A stretch of DNA of 64,000 nt from assembly GCA_965242965.1 (NCBI GenBank), contig OZ251518.1:3040001-3104000 (forward strand). The letters are read 5' to 3'. The position numbers and the translations under genes were made by a program. The stretch is from Candidatus Poribacteria bacterium (lineage in GTDB: Bacteria; Poribacteria; WGA-4E; WGA-3G). How positions within the stretch are numbered: the stretch's first letter is position 1; every line of letters begins with the position of its first letter. Positions 19,098 through 29,597 of the stretch are shown in pieces. The notes beneath the pieces are model-generated. The model ran no database searches. It was given only the letters and a program-made list of their open reading frames with translations, and was not told the DNA's origin.

Positions 19098-20501
19098 TTA
19101 TCGTGATTTCTGAAAGAATTCAATCACCTTGAATTGTTCTAGAGCGGCGACAATTTGCGGGTCATGCTCTAATTCGTCGCGCGAGTTCTCGGTGATACGG
19201 GCAATCGCGTATTTAATACCGAGGTCGCTGAGGACAATCTGCTCTTCGGTGAGTGCATCGGTGAGGCGTTGGTATTGCCGCAAGAGTTTCGCCGCCTGTC
19301 TGTCATCGCGCGGCGCGCGTTCTGCCTCGGCGAGTTGCGCAAGCACGTCGTCACCGTTTTCCTCAATGAACGTGTTAAGTTGCCCGTGGTCGCGGAGTTT
19401 CAGCTGCATTAGTTGTTCAGAACGGCTGAACCACGCGGATTTGACATCCGGCGTGATGCCGACTTTGTCGATATTCGTCCCGTTCGGCGTGAAGTAGCGG
19501 GCGACAGTGAGTTTGACAGCGGCTTTGGAATTAGTCAGTTGAAAAATGCGTTGGACAGAGGCTTTTCCGAACGTTTTATCCCCCATGACGAGTCCACGCC
19601 CGTGGTCCTTGATGGCCCCGGCGACGATTTCGGAGGCACTCGCGCTGCCTCCGTTAACGAGGACGATGAGGGGGAACGCGTTATCTCGCGAGGGGCCTTT
19701 AGCGACAAAGTCCTCGCGTTTGTCAATGCCTTTGCTGTAAACGACGAGTTGTCCCTCTTGGAGAAAATCGCTGGCGATGTCCACGGATGCACTGAGGGAG
19801 CCGCCGGGGTTTAAACGCATGTCAAGGATAACGCCGCGCGCGTTGTTCTGGCTGAATTCAGTGAGCGCGTTATCTACGTCGTTCGCGGTTGTCCCCAGAA
19901 ATTGGTTCAGTTTAATATAGCCGATGTTATCGCCGATGACGTTTTTTTCCACGCTAGGGATGCGGATAACTTCACGTGTAACGGTGAGTTCAATCGGGCT
20001 GCCTGCTTCGGCGCGAATGACGGTGATAGATACGGAGGTGCCGGGTTCACCGCGCAATTGACTGACAGCATCGTCTAAGGACATCACGGCGGTGGATTCG
20101 CCTTCAATGTGGCTGATAACATCGCCGTTTTGCATGCCGGCGAGTGATGCAGGGGAGCCTTTAAACGGCGTAATCACGGTAAGGACATCGTCACGGATGC
20201 CGATAGTCATGCCGAGTCCGGCGTAATTTCCTTGGTTTTCCATGCGAAATTTCGCGTAGTCAGGCATGAGTTGACTATAGGGATCGAGCGTGCGGAGCAT
20301 CCCTTTAATCGCTCCCTCTATGAGCGTCTTCGCTTCCGGCTGATCGAGATGCGCCTGCTGTGTATGCGCTAGAGTCTCGGCGAAAAGCGCGAGGTTTGCT
20401 AACAGTTCGTCGTCCGCTGGCTCTTCGGCACTCCAGCTGAGTGGCAGAAACGCCGCTATGAGGACGAGTGATACGAGGATGTGAAAAGTGGTTTTTTTCA
20501 T
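19098..20501 (-). CDS. ctpA: Carboxy-terminal processing protease (S41)
   Basis: Signal peptide, LDPYS, PDZ domain, LDMRLNPGG, SASASEIVAGA, TFGKASVQ. Confidence 0.9.
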   Translation of the reverse strand: MKKTTFHILVSLVLIAAFLPLSWSAEEPADDELLANLALFAETLAHTQQAHLDQPEAKTLIEGAIKGMLRTLDPYSQLMPDYAKFRMENQGNYAGLGMTIGIRDDVLTVITPFKGSPASLAGMQNGDVISHIEGESTAVMSLDDAVSQLRGEPGTSVSITVIRAEAGSPIELTVTREVIRIPSVEKNVIGDNIGYIKLNQFLGTTANDVDNALTEFSQNNARGVILDMRLNPGGSLSASVDIASDFLQEGQLVVYSKGIDKREDFVAKGPSRDNAFPLIVLVNGGSASASEIVAGAIKDHGRGLVMGDKTFGKASVQRIFQLTNSKAAVKLTVARYFTPNGTNIDKVGITPDVKSAWFSRSEQLMQLKLRDHGQLNTFIEENGDDVLAQLAEAERAPRDDRQAAKLLRQYQRLTDALTEEQIVLSDLGIKYAIARITENSRDELEHDPQIVAALEQFKVIEFFQKSR

Positions 20502-20538
20502 TTTTTCTTCCTATTGATGGGCGGCTATGGCCATCCGC

Positions 20539-20641
20539 TTTTTTCGTAGTGCGAGGGCCTGTCCCTCGCAAGTTGTTGATAGAGCCAGGTTTCCCTTTTT
20601 TTTCGTAGTGCGAGGGCCTGTCCCTCGCAAGTTGTTGATAG
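20539..20641. repeat. Two direct copies of a GTAG REP
   Basis: TTTTTCGTAGTGCGAGGGCCTGTCCCTCGCAAGTTGTTGATAG occurs twice. Confidence 0.8.
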
Positions 20642-20666
20642 GGACAGGTTTCCCTTGTCCTACAGG

Positions 20667-21152
20667 TTAAGAGGCGTTCAATACTTTTCGTAAGGATTTG
20701 ATGATAGGGATGCGATAGGCGACGAAGGCTGCACCTGCGGTATAAACCAAATCGATGGGTGCCAGCCTGTCCCGCATCAATTCCCAAACGGAGTGTCCTT
20801 TAAAAACGGTTTTCGCGATGGGCGTGGCTTGCTCACGCGACAGTTGTTGTTCCTGCATCAATTGCTCAGTGATTTGCGCGACAGCGTTCCACTGCACATC
20901 GAGATATTTTCCGATAAAGATGCCGATGATGGCGAAGAGCGCAGCGGCGATGCTGACGAGATGCCACGCGATTTCGGTATTTTCATCGCGAGAGGCAATC
21001 GCGGCGACAAGGAGTGTTCCTACGCCTGTGAAGATGCCGATAGCGATGGCGATGAACCCGGCGGTGTTTCCTGTCCACTGGATATATTTCGCCCAGAGGA
21101 TGCCGCCGAGTATCGCGCCGATGAGTCCGCCGAGCGGCGTGAGAGTGTTCAT
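20667..21152 (-). CDS. Hypothetical integral membrane protein
   Basis: About four hydrophobic Gly-rich helices; AAGGA RBS. Confidence 0.6.
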   Translation of the reverse strand: MNTLTPLGGLIGAILGGILWAKYIQWTGNTAGFIAIAIGIFTGVGTLLVAAIASRDENTEIAWHLVSIAAALFAIIGIFIGKYLDVQWNAVAQITEQLMQEQQLSREQATPIAKTVFKGHSVWELMRDRLAPIDLVYTAGAAFVAYRIPIIKSLRKVLNAS

Positions 21153-21206
21153 GAAGTTTCCTTACTTCTCTCCGTAGCGCGGGGGCCTGTCCCCCGCGAG
21201 TTATCC

Positions 21207-22679
21207 CTACGATTCAACACGTAAGTTTGGTTTCTGCCGATGGTGCCCCGTGTTTTGCTCAAACGTATAGGCTGCGCGGAGGAGCGTCTCTTCCGCGAAC
21301 GGTGCGGCGAGGAGTTGTAAACCAACAGGCAGCCCACTTTTGACGAAACCGCACGGTAGAGAGATGCCGGGCAATCCGGCGTGACTCGCCGGTGTCGTCA
21401 TGACATCGGAGAGATACATCTGAAGCGGATCCGCAGTGCGTTCGCCGATTTTGAACGCCGGTGTCGGCGAAGTCGGTGTCGCGATGACATCAACCTGCTG
21501 AAAGGCGGCATCGAAATCGGATTTGATGAGCGTTCGCACTTTCTGCGCCTTTTTGTAGTAGGCATCTTGATAGCCGGCACTGAGCGCGAAAGTGCCGAGC
21601 ATGATGCGGCGTTTCACCTCTTGGCCGAACCCTTCGCTGCGCGTTTTTTTGTAGAGAGTGAGCAGCTCTTTTGGTTCTTCGGTTCGGTATCCGTATCGCA
21701 CACCGTCGTATCGCGCCAGATTCGCGCTCGCCTCCGCCGGGGCGATGATGTAATAGGTGGCGATGGCGTATTCGGTATGCGGGAGGGATATCTCCGCCAC
21801 GCTGGCACCGAGGCTTTCCAAAACTGCGATGGCGGCATGCACTGCGTCCGCTACTTCCGCCTCTAATCCCTCCGCGAAATACTCTTTCGGCACGCCGATT
21901 CTAAGTCCTTTCACGTCGTTGATAAGGCTTTTCGTGAAATCAGGCACCGGCACATCGACAGAGGTGGAGTCCATCGCGTCGCGGCCGCAGATAGCGTTGA
22001 GCAGCAGCGCGCAATCGGTGACATCTTTGGAAAAGGGCCCCACCTGGTCCAACGACGAGGCGAAGGCGATGAGTCCGTAGCGGGAGACGCGCCCATAAGT
22101 CGGCTTCATACCGACGACACCGCACAGCGCAGCGGGCTGCCGAATGGAGCCGCCGGTATCCGAACCGAGGGAGCAGATAGCGGCATCGGCGGCGACAACG
22201 GCGGCTGAACCACCGCTGGAACCGCCGGGGATAGTCGCCAAGTCCCACGGATTGCGCGTCACCTGATAAGCAGAGTTTTCGGTAGAGGAACCCATCGCGA
22301 ACTCGTCCATGTTGGTTTTGCCGAGCATGACAACGCCTTGTTGGTGAAGTTTCGTCATCACCGTGGCATCGTAAGGCGGCACGAAGTTTTCAAGAATTTT
22401 GGAGGCGCAAGTCGTTCGCACGCCTTTGGTGCAGAGCACGTCTTTAATAGCGATGGGAATACCGGCCAAGGGCGGCATCTCATCCCCTTTTTGGAAACCT
22501 ACGTCGGCTGCAGCCGCCTGTTGCAAGGCGCGCGCTTTCGTGAGCGTCAGGTAGCCTTTGACGTGCGGTTCGACTGCGTCAATGCGGCCGTAAACAGATT
22601 CTGTTAATTCCACTGCGGTGATGTCGCGCGCTTTGAGTTTCTCGTGGAGTGCGTGGGCAGTTAATTCGTAGAGTGACAT
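21207..22679 (-). CDS. gatA: Asp/Glu-tRNA amidotransferase subunit A
   Basis: [52 protein letters not shown]. Confidence 0.97.
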   Translation of the reverse strand: MSLYELTAHALHEKLKARDITAVELTESVYGRIDAVEPHVKGYLTLTKARALQQAAAADVGFQKGDEMPPLAGIPIAIKDVLCTKGVRTTCASKILENFVPPYDATVMTKLHQQGVVMLGKTNMDEFAMGSSTENSAYQVTRNPWDLATIPGGSSGGSAAVVAADAAICSLGSDTGGSIRQPAALCGVVGMKPTYGRVSRYGLIAFASSLDQVGPFSKDVTDCALLLNAICGRDAMDSTSVDVPVPDFTKSLINDVKGLRIGVPKEYFAEGLEAEVADAVHAAIAVLESLGASVAEISLPHTEYAIATYYIIAPAEASANLARYDGVRYGYRTEEPKELLTLYKKTRSEGFGQEVKRRIMLGTFALSAGYQDAYYKKAQKVRTLIKSDFDAAFQQVDVIATPTSPTPAFKIGERTADPLQMYLSDVMTTPASHAGLPGISLPCGFVKSGLPVGLQLLAAPFAEETLLRAAYTFEQNTGHHRQKPNLRVES

Positions 22680-22841
22680 TTTTGTATTTCCTAGCGGTTG
22701 TTTGACGTTGGCTTGGCGAAGGACTTCCGCTTAGCAGGCCGTCTTGACGTTGTCAAGACTTGCAATCTTTGGCCGTCGGATAGGCTCTCTACCTATTGTT
22801 GCGGCCTTCGCGGGGGCCTGTCCCCCGCGCTACGGTGACAT

Positions 22842-23135
22842 TCAGTCAATGACTCTCGGAACGCTGAAGTAGCCTGCTTCTGCTTCTGGGGCATTGGCGA
22901 GGACTTCTTCGCGCGGATACGAGGCTTTGACGACATCAGGCTTGAGAACGTTGTGGAGCGGACGGATGTGCGAGGTCGGCGGAACGTTCGCTGTCTCCAA
23001 TTCGTCTAACTTCCCGATGTAGTCCAAGATTCGGGCGAGTTGCGCGGTGTAGGCCTGCGTCTCTTCGTCGCTAAATTCGAGGCGTGCTAGGTTCGCGACG
23101 TGTTGCACGCCTTCGGTGGTGATAGTTGTTGACAT
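22842..23135 (-). CDS. gatC: Asp/Glu-tRNA amidotransferase subunit C
   Basis: VQHVANLARL...LANAP...YFSVPRVI. Confidence 0.93.
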   Translation of the reverse strand: MSTTITTEGVQHVANLARLEFSDEETQAYTAQLARILDYIGKLDELETANVPPTSHIRPLHNVLKPDVVKASYPREEVLANAPEAEAGYFSVPRVID

Positions 23136-23269
23136 ATTGTGCTCCTTGTGTCAGGTTCGCGAGGGACAGGCCCTCGCGCTACGGGCTGCGCGGCCTCTTC
23201 TCGTAAGGTTCGCGAGGGACAGGCCCTCGCGCTACGGGTTGCGTGGCGGCTTGCAGTATCTTCTTTGAA

Positions 23270-25435
23270 TTAAACGCGTATCAACGGCGCGGAAGATGCG
23301 GCGAATTGCCGAGATCCTCCGCGGGTGAACCGAACCGTAACGAACGCCTTCTCCCGTCTTCCGCTGACTTTGGTGATTTTCCCACGCCCGAAGTCTGGGT
23401 GAAGGACAATCTGGTTCACTTTATAGTCTGTGAAGTCGTCAGCCATATATGTTGACTCGGTTTCGCGGAAGGGAGAACGATACCTGTCTACGTGCTTGAT
23501 GAGGTGCGTCGGAATTTCGGCGATGAAGCGGGAGTGGCTGCGATACTCGGTGTCACCGTAAGTCCGCCGCTGGCGCGCGTGCACGAGATAGAGCTGCTCC
23601 ATCGCCCGCGTGATGCCGACGTAACAGAGACGGCGTTCCTCCTCCATCTCCGCCTCGCTGTCGAGAGAACGTTGGTGCGGCAAAAAGCCGTCCTCCATCC
23701 CGACGATGAAGACGAACGGGAATTCTAACCCCTTCGCGCTGTGGAGCGTCATGAGCGGCACCCTGTCTGTCCCCCCGCTCTCCATGGTATCAATATCGGC
23801 GGCGAGGGCGACGTTCTCAAGGTAATCGGCGAGACTGGGTTCAGATTCGTAACTCTCATATTCGGCGATGGCGTTGATGAGCTCCTCAATGTTTTCGACG
23901 CGGTTCTGTGCCTCAATGTTCCCAGCGCGTCCCTGCTCCTCAAGTGTTTTGAGGTAGCCAGTCTTCAGCAAGACGTAGTGGAGTGCCTCCGAGGGTAGTT
24001 CATCGGGGCCGCCGAATTCCTCGAAGATTTGCGCGAAGCGGCGCACCTTTGTCTGGATGCCGCGGTTGATTAACGCGTTCTCGCCGACGCGTTGAATTGC
24101 CGCAAAGAGAGAAATCCCTTCATCACCGGCAAAATTGATGAGGCGTTGGAGAGTTGTCGCGCCGATGCCGCGCGTGGGCACATTGATGATGCGCCGCAGA
24201 CTCATCGAGTCGTTGCGGTTGCACATCACGCGGAGGTAAGCAATCAGATCTTTGATTTCCATTCTGTCGTAGAACCCCACGCCGCCGACAATCTGATAGG
24301 GGATGTTGGCGGTGCGGAGTGCTTCCTCGAAAATGCGGGATTGCGCGTTAGTGCGATAGAAAATGGCGAAATCAGAATAGTCTACACCTTCGGCGTGCCA
24401 TTCCTCAATTTTAGTGCCGACGTAACTCGCCTCGTCGTTTTCATCGATTGCCTCGTAGCAGATGACCTGTTCGCCGATGTCATTTTTCGTCCACAACTTT
24501 TTCTCTCGGCGGCGGATGTTGTTGTGGATAACTCCCCACGCCGCGTCCAAGATATTTTGGGTGGAGCGGTAGTTCTGCTCCAGCCGTAGCACGTGCGTGT
24601 GCGGATAATCCTTCTCAAAATCGAGGATGTTTTTGATGTCCGCGCCGCGGAAAGCGTATATCGCCTGGTCATCGTCGCCGACGACGCAGATATTCTGGCG
24701 AGTGCCGGCAAGTAGGCGCGTGAGTTCATATTGGCATTGGTTGGTATCCTGATACTCGTCAACGTGGATGTATTCAAACTTGTCCTGATAGAACTGCAAC
24801 ACTTCGTCATTTGTGTTAAAGAGTTCGACGGTGAAATGCAGAAGATCATCGAAGTCCAGCGCGTTGTTTTGCCGCAGCGCGTTTTGATACATCGGGTAGA
24901 CTTGGGCGACGACGTGCTCAAAATAGCCATCGGCGCGTTTGGCGAAATCCGCCGGGGTTCGGAAATTGTTTTTGGCGCGGCTGATATGGCTGAGAATTGC
25001 GCGCGGGTTGTGTTGTTTATCGCTGAAGCCGAGTTGCCGGAGGATGTCCCGAACAAGGGTGGCTTGCTCGCCGGTGTCAAAAATAGTGAAGTGCCGGTCC
25101 AATCCCGTGCCGATTTCGCCGAGTTTCTCGATATCGCGGCGGAGGATGCGGGCGCAGGTGGCGTGGAACGTCGCTACCCATAGGTTTTTGCTGGTGCCTT
25201 CTGCCACGAGTCTGTCTAGCCGTTCCTTCATCTCGTTGGCCGCTTTGTTGGTAAACGTAACGGCGAGAATGCGGAACGGGGAGACACCCTGGTGCCTGAG
25301 CAGGTAGGCGATGCGGTGCGTAATGACGCGCGTTTTGCCGCTTCCTGCACCGGCGAGGATGAGGAGCGGGCCTTCGGTGTGTCGGATGGCTTCGCGCTGG
25401 ACATCGTTTAGAGATGCGAAGAGGTTATCGTTCAA
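23270..25435 (-). CDS. pcrA: UvrD/PcrA ATP-dependent DNA helicase
   Basis: AGAGSGKT, VDEYQDTN, VGDDDQ, LEQNYRST, YRTNAQSR, MTLHSAKGLEF, EERRLCYVGITRA. Confidence 0.95.
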   Translation of the reverse strand: MNDNLFASLNDVQREAIRHTEGPLLILAGAGSGKTRVITHRIAYLLRHQGVSPFRILAVTFTNKAANEMKERLDRLVAEGTSKNLWVATFHATCARILRRDIEKLGEIGTGLDRHFTIFDTGEQATLVRDILRQLGFSDKQHNPRAILSHISRAKNNFRTPADFAKRADGYFEHVVAQVYPMYQNALRQNNALDFDDLLHFTVELFNTNDEVLQFYQDKFEYIHVDEYQDTNQCQYELTRLLAGTRQNICVVGDDDQAIYAFRGADIKNILDFEKDYPHTHVLRLEQNYRSTQNILDAAWGVIHNNIRRREKKLWTKNDIGEQVICYEAIDENDEASYVGTKIEEWHAEGVDYSDFAIFYRTNAQSRIFEEALRTANIPYQIVGGVGFYDRMEIKDLIAYLRVMCNRNDSMSLRRIINVPTRGIGATTLQRLINFAGDEGISLFAAIQRVGENALINRGIQTKVRRFAQIFEEFGGPDELPSEALHYVLLKTGYLKTLEEQGRAGNIEAQNRVENIEELINAIAEYESYESEPSLADYLENVALAADIDTMESGGTDRVPLMTLHSAKGLEFPFVFIVGMEDGFLPHQRSLDSEAEMEEERRLCYVGITRAMEQLYLVHARQRRTYGDTEYRSHSRFIAEIPTHLIKHVDRYRSPFRETESTYMADDFTDYKVNQIVLHPDFGRGKITKVSGRREKAFVTVRFTRGGSRQFAASSAPLIRV

Positions 25436-25710
25436 AAGGTGCCTCCTGAAATGATGGGGTGGCGAGGGACAGGCCCTCGCCCTACGGTAATGCGACGCGG
25501 TTCTTGTGGTTTTGCGAGGGACAGGCCCTCGCCTGATATTATCAGTTAAAAAGATACCACAAACTTGTGGATAATGTCAAATGTTTTTTTCTGCGTCCTC
25601 GGCGGGTGTTGTTTATGGTAACGTCGCGCGAGGGATATGAAAATATGTATGATACCACATTTTGTTGTGTTTGTCAAATTTATTTTTATTCTTTCTAGTG
25701 GTGGAGGGCT

Positions 25711-26066
25711 ATTGACATTAAGGACCTAAAGGACCTTAGGTTTTTCGGTTCGCTGCGTGCTATAGACATGCAGGACCTAAAGGACCTGAAGAGAAAGGAG
25801 ATACGTTTTTTCTGCGTAGCGCGGGGGCCTGTCCCCCGCGATCGTTTGGTAGACCGGAGCCTGGCGAGGGACAGGCCCTCGCCCTACGGGAATGAGGGCG
25901 TTTTTCTTGCATCGAGACCGGGAGGTCTCTCCTACAAGGGGTAGTTCGCGGGGGACAGGCCCCCGCGCTACGGTGAGGAGTGGGGCGTTTTTTAGTCATG
26001 GACTATAATCTTGGAAATCTTGTGAATCTTGGAAATCCTGCTCCACATCCTGCTCCACATCCTGCT
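25711..26066. repeat. Composite REP cluster with an AATCYTG microsatellite
   Basis: AGGACCTAAAGGACCT units, GTAGCGCGGGGGCCTGTCCCCCGCG, GTAGGGCGAGGGCCTGTCCCTCGCC, GTAGGAGAGACCTCCCGGTCTCG, then AATCTTG/ATCCTG repeats. Confidence 0.8.
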
Positions 26067-26074
26067 TTAGACAG

Positions 26075-29000
26075 TTAAAGGTAATCCTTCAAAAACTGCC
26101 CGGTATAAGAAGCAGCCACTGCCGCAACTTCTTCCGGTGTCCCATGTGCCAACACCCTGCCGCCTTTATGGCCGCCCTCCGGGCCAAGATCTATGACGTA
26201 ATCGGCGGTTTTGATGACATCTAAGTGATGCTCAATCACCAGCACGGTGTGTCCTCTATCCACCAGTTTGCCGAGGCTGTCAAGGAGTTTCTGGACATCG
26301 GCGAGGTGAAGCCCGGTCGTCGGTTCATCCAAGATATAGAGGTTGTGTTTGCCTCGCTTGATCTTGCCGAGCTCACTGGCGAGTTTCACGCGCTGCGCCT
26401 CGCCGCCGGAGAGGAGCGGGGCCGGATGCCCTATCTGAAGGTAACCCATCCCTAACTCGTTGAGCACGCTCAGTTTATGCTTGATCAGCCGCTGGTCTTC
26501 AAAAAATTCAACGCCGTCTTCAATCGACATATCAAGGATCTCGGCGATGTTCTTGCCGTTGTAGGTTACCTCCAGCGTATCCTGATTGTAGCGCGCGCCT
26601 TTACACGTCGGACAAACTACCTCGACATCGGGCATAAAGTGGAGTTTCGTGGTGATAGTGCCTTCGCCGTGGCACTCCTCGCAACGGCCGCCTTTGACGT
26701 TGAAACTGAAGCGTCCGGCGGCGTAGCCGCGCGCCATCGCCATCGGCGTATTGGCAAAGAGTTTGCGGACGTTATCGTAAAAACCGATGTAGGTGGCAGG
26801 ATTGGAACGCGAGGAACGCCCAATCGGCGACTGATCGATGTTGATAACATCGCTGACGTGTTCATGCCCGGCGAGCGTGTCGTGCGCGCCGTAAAGCGTG
26901 CGGCTATCGTGATAAATGGAATAGAGCCGCTTGTAGAGAATCTCGTTGACGAGGGTGCTTTTGCCGGAACCGGACGCGCCTGTCACACAGATAAACACGC
27001 CGAGCGGAATGTCAACGTTAAGGTTTCTCAGGTTGTTTTCTCGCGCACCGGTGACGCTCAGGAAGGTGCCGTTGAGGTGGCGGCGTTGTTCGGGGAGCGA
27101 GATCTCGCGCCTGCCGCTCATATAGAGTCCAGTCAAGGAATCGGGGCATTCCAGAATCGTCTCCAGCGGGCCTTGCACGACGACGTGTCCGCCGTGGACA
27201 CCGGGTCCCGGGCCGAGTTCTATGACGTGGTCTGCTGCACGAATCGTGCTTTCATCGTGCTCAACAACGATGACAGTATTGCCGATGTCGCGAAGCTTGC
27301 GCAGCGTTTCGATCATCTTCGCGTTGTCCTTCGGATGCAAGCCGATGCTCGGTTCATCGAGGACATAGAGCATGCCCATCAACCCAGAACCTATCTGGGT
27401 AGAGAGCCGGATCCGTTGCGATTCACCGCCGGAGAGCGTCGCCGCGCGGCGATTCAGGTTGAGGTAGTCAAGCCCGATGCCGAGGAGGAGGTTAATCCGT
27501 TCAACGAGCTCTCTGATGACGCGGGAGCCTGCTTCGCGGTGTTTTTCGGGAATTGTTTGCTTGTCAATTGATAAGAGAAAATCTCGTAGTTCCTCGAAGT
27601 GCAGTTCGCCGACTTCGTGGATAGTTTTTCGGGGTTGGGAGGTTTCGTTTGCGGTATTGCATCGAGACCGGGAGGTCTCTCCTACCCCGGAAGATAATCG
27701 AGCCCGGGAGGTCTCTCCTACTGGTTCTTCGTTGTAGGCGGGTCCTCTGGTCCCGATATCGCCGGAAGTTAATCGAGACCGGGAGGTTTCGTCTGCGGTA
27801 TTGCATCGAGACCAGGAGGTCTCTCCTACCGGTGTTCGGGAATCGACGATGGTGACGAGGAGCCGCTGGCGTTTGAGTTTCGCGCCGCCGCAGTCGGGAC
27901 AAGTATGTTCCACCATGACTTTCCGGAGGTATTCCTCCATTCCAGAGTGCGCTTCGCCTTGCTTGCGGTAGTGGCGGTAGTGCCTATCGATGCGGGTGAT
28001 GATGCCGTCAAAACGGATTTTTCTGCCGAGGTGGCGTTTCTCGATCGGCTTCGCATCGGGCGGCTGGCAGACAGGGAATTCCTCGCCGCGCGTGCCGTGG
28101 AAGAGGATATCCACAACGTCGGGTGATAACTCTCCGAAGGGTGCGTTCATGTCGAATCCGTAATGTTGGGACATGCTGTAGAGCGTCCTGCCGTCCCACC
28201 GGTCCGGGTCATAGCCTGTGGATTGGTGTGCGAACGCGCCTTCAGCGATACTCCGCGACTTATCGGGGACGAGGAGATTCGGATGCACCTGCAGGTAAGT
28301 GCCGAGTCCGGAGCAGGTGACGCATGCCCCCGTTGGTTCGTTGAAGGTGAAGTGATGCGGTCCGAGTTCGCCCATCAGCACGCCGTGTTCGGGGCATCCG
28401 AAGTTTTCTAAACCTACTGGGAGGACTTCGGGGAGCTCCGGGTCGCGAGCGTGGAAACTCATGAACCCTTCGCCTACTAGCATCGTATGTTCCAGCGAGG
28501 CAAGCACCTGCTTGTCGATATCCTTCTGGATAAAGAATTTGTCAACGATGACTTGGATGTCGTAGTCTTTGTCTTCGTCAAGTTCGATTTCCTCGCTGAT
28601 GTCGTGCGGTTCGCCGTTAATGCGGACGTGGCGGCACCCCTTCGTGCGGATGTCGTCAAAGAGGTAGTCGTAATCCTCGCCGTAGATTTTGAAGACCGGG
28701 GCGTGGATTTCTACTTCCGTGCCTTCTGGCAGCGCGAGCAGCCGTTCCAAAATCTGATGCGGCGAACGGATGGGAATCTCGCGTTCACAATAGGGGCAGT
28801 GCGCGATGCCGATGGTAGCGAAGAGCATCCGCAGGAAATCCTGCAGATCTGTCATCGTGCCGACGGTGGAGCGCGGGTTCATCGTGACGGTTTTCTGCTC
28901 AATGGAGACAACGGGTGAAAGCCCATCGACGAAATCGACATCGGGTTTCTTGAGTTGCGTGATGAAGCGTTTGGCGTAGGTGGACATTGATTCGAGGAAA

Positions 29001-29158
29001 CGGCGTTGTCCCTCGGCGTAGACGGTATCAAATGCCAACGATGATTTGCCGGAGCCGCTGATGCCGGTGACGACAACGAGCCGGTCTCGGGGGATTTCGA
29101 CTTCTATGTTTTGTAGGTTATTTTCTCTTGCGCCTTTGACGGCGACGGTTTGTCTCAT
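26075..29158 (-). CDS. uvrA: Excinuclease ABC subunit A with an in-frame REP-derived insertion
   Basis: GARENNL, two Walker A motifs, [22 protein letters not shown], zinc-finger CxxC motifs; GGAG RBS before ATG 29158. Confidence 0.95.
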   Translation of the reverse strand: MRQTVAVKGARENNLQNIEVEIPRDRLVVVTGISGSGKSSLAFDTVYAEGQRRFLESMSTYAKRFITQLKKPDVDFVDGLSPVVSIEQKTVTMNPRSTVGTMTDLQDFLRMLFATIGIAHCPYCEREIPIRSPHQILERLLALPEGTEVEIHAPVFKIYGEDYDYLFDDIRTKGCRHVRINGEPHDISEEIELDEDKDYDIQVIVDKFFIQKDIDKQVLASLEHTMLVGEGFMSFHARDPELPEVLPVGLENFGCPEHGVLMGELGPHHFTFNEPTGACVTCSGLGTYLQVHPNLLVPDKSRSIAEGAFAHQSTGYDPDRWDGRTLYSMSQHYGFDMNAPFGELSPDVVDILFHGTRGEEFPVCQPPDAKPIEKRHLGRKIRFDGIITRIDRHYRHYRKQGEAHSGMEEYLRKVMVEHTCPDCGGAKLKRQRLLVTIVDSRTPVGETSWSRCNTADETSRSRLTSGDIGTRGPAYNEEPVGETSRARLSSGVGETSRSRCNTANETSQPRKTIHEVGELHFEELRDFLLSIDKQTIPEKHREAGSRVIRELVERINLLLGIGLDYLNLNRRAATLSGGESQRIRLSTQIGSGLMGMLYVLDEPSIGLHPKDNAKMIETLRKLRDIGNTVIVVEHDESTIRAADHVIELGPGPGVHGGHVVVQGPLETILECPDSLTGLYMSGRREISLPEQRRHLNGTFLSVTGARENNLRNLNVDIPLGVFICVTGASGSGKSTLVNEILYKRLYSIYHDSRTLYGAHDTLAGHEHVSDVINIDQSPIGRSSRSNPATYIGFYDNVRKLFANTPMAMARGYAAGRFSFNVKGGRCEECHGEGTITTKLHFMPDVEVVCPTCKGARYNQDTLEVTYNGKNIAEILDMSIEDGVEFFEDQRLIKHKLSVLNELGMGYLQIGHPAPLLSGGEAQRVKLASELGKIKRGKHNLYILDEPTTGLHLADVQKLLDSLGKLVDRGHTVLVIEHHLDVIKTADYVIDLGPEGGHKGGRVLAHGTPEEVAAVAASYTGQFLKDYL

Positions 29159-29380
29159 GGGGGAGCTCCTTTTTCTCTGGTAATTAAGTCCTACGGACAT
29201 GAAGCGGGCGCCTTCTTGGCTGTAGGAGAGACCTCCCGGTCTCGATTTTTCACTGTCAGCCTACGGATTTTTTTTAGTCTGGCACATTAAGGTCCTACGG
29301 ACCTTAGGGTTGTTTTCGTGTTGGGCTGCTATAGACATTAAGGTCCTACGGACCTAAAGAGCGACTGTCAATGTCGGCAT

Positions 29381-29596
29381 GTTGAGGGACAGGCCCTCAA
29401 CCTACGGGGCCGGTGCAGGGTTCGGCGTGTTGAGGGACAGGCCCTCGACCTACGGGGCCGGTGCCGGTTGCGGCGTGTTGAGGGACAGGCCCTCAACCTA
29501 CGGGGCCGGCGCAGGTTGCGGCATGTTGAGGGACAGGCCCTCAACCTACGGGGCCGGTGCAGGGTTCGGTTTGTTGAGGGACAAGCCCTCAACCTA
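29381..29596. repeat. 48-bp tandem array built on a REP palindrome (4.5 units)
   Basis: GTTGAGGGACAGGCCCTCAACCTAC starts at 29381, 29429, 29477, 29525 and 29573, with near-identical linkers. Confidence 0.9.
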
Positions 29597-29597
29597 A

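Noticed and set aside
27630-27843. Intein or intron in uvrA
   Set aside because: There are no Cys/Ser...His-Asn splice motifs or intron features, and the insert is accounted for by REP copies.
29381-29596. CRISPR array
   Set aside because: The 23-nt linkers are near-identical rather than unique, the repeat is a variant of the dispersed REP, and no cas genes are present.
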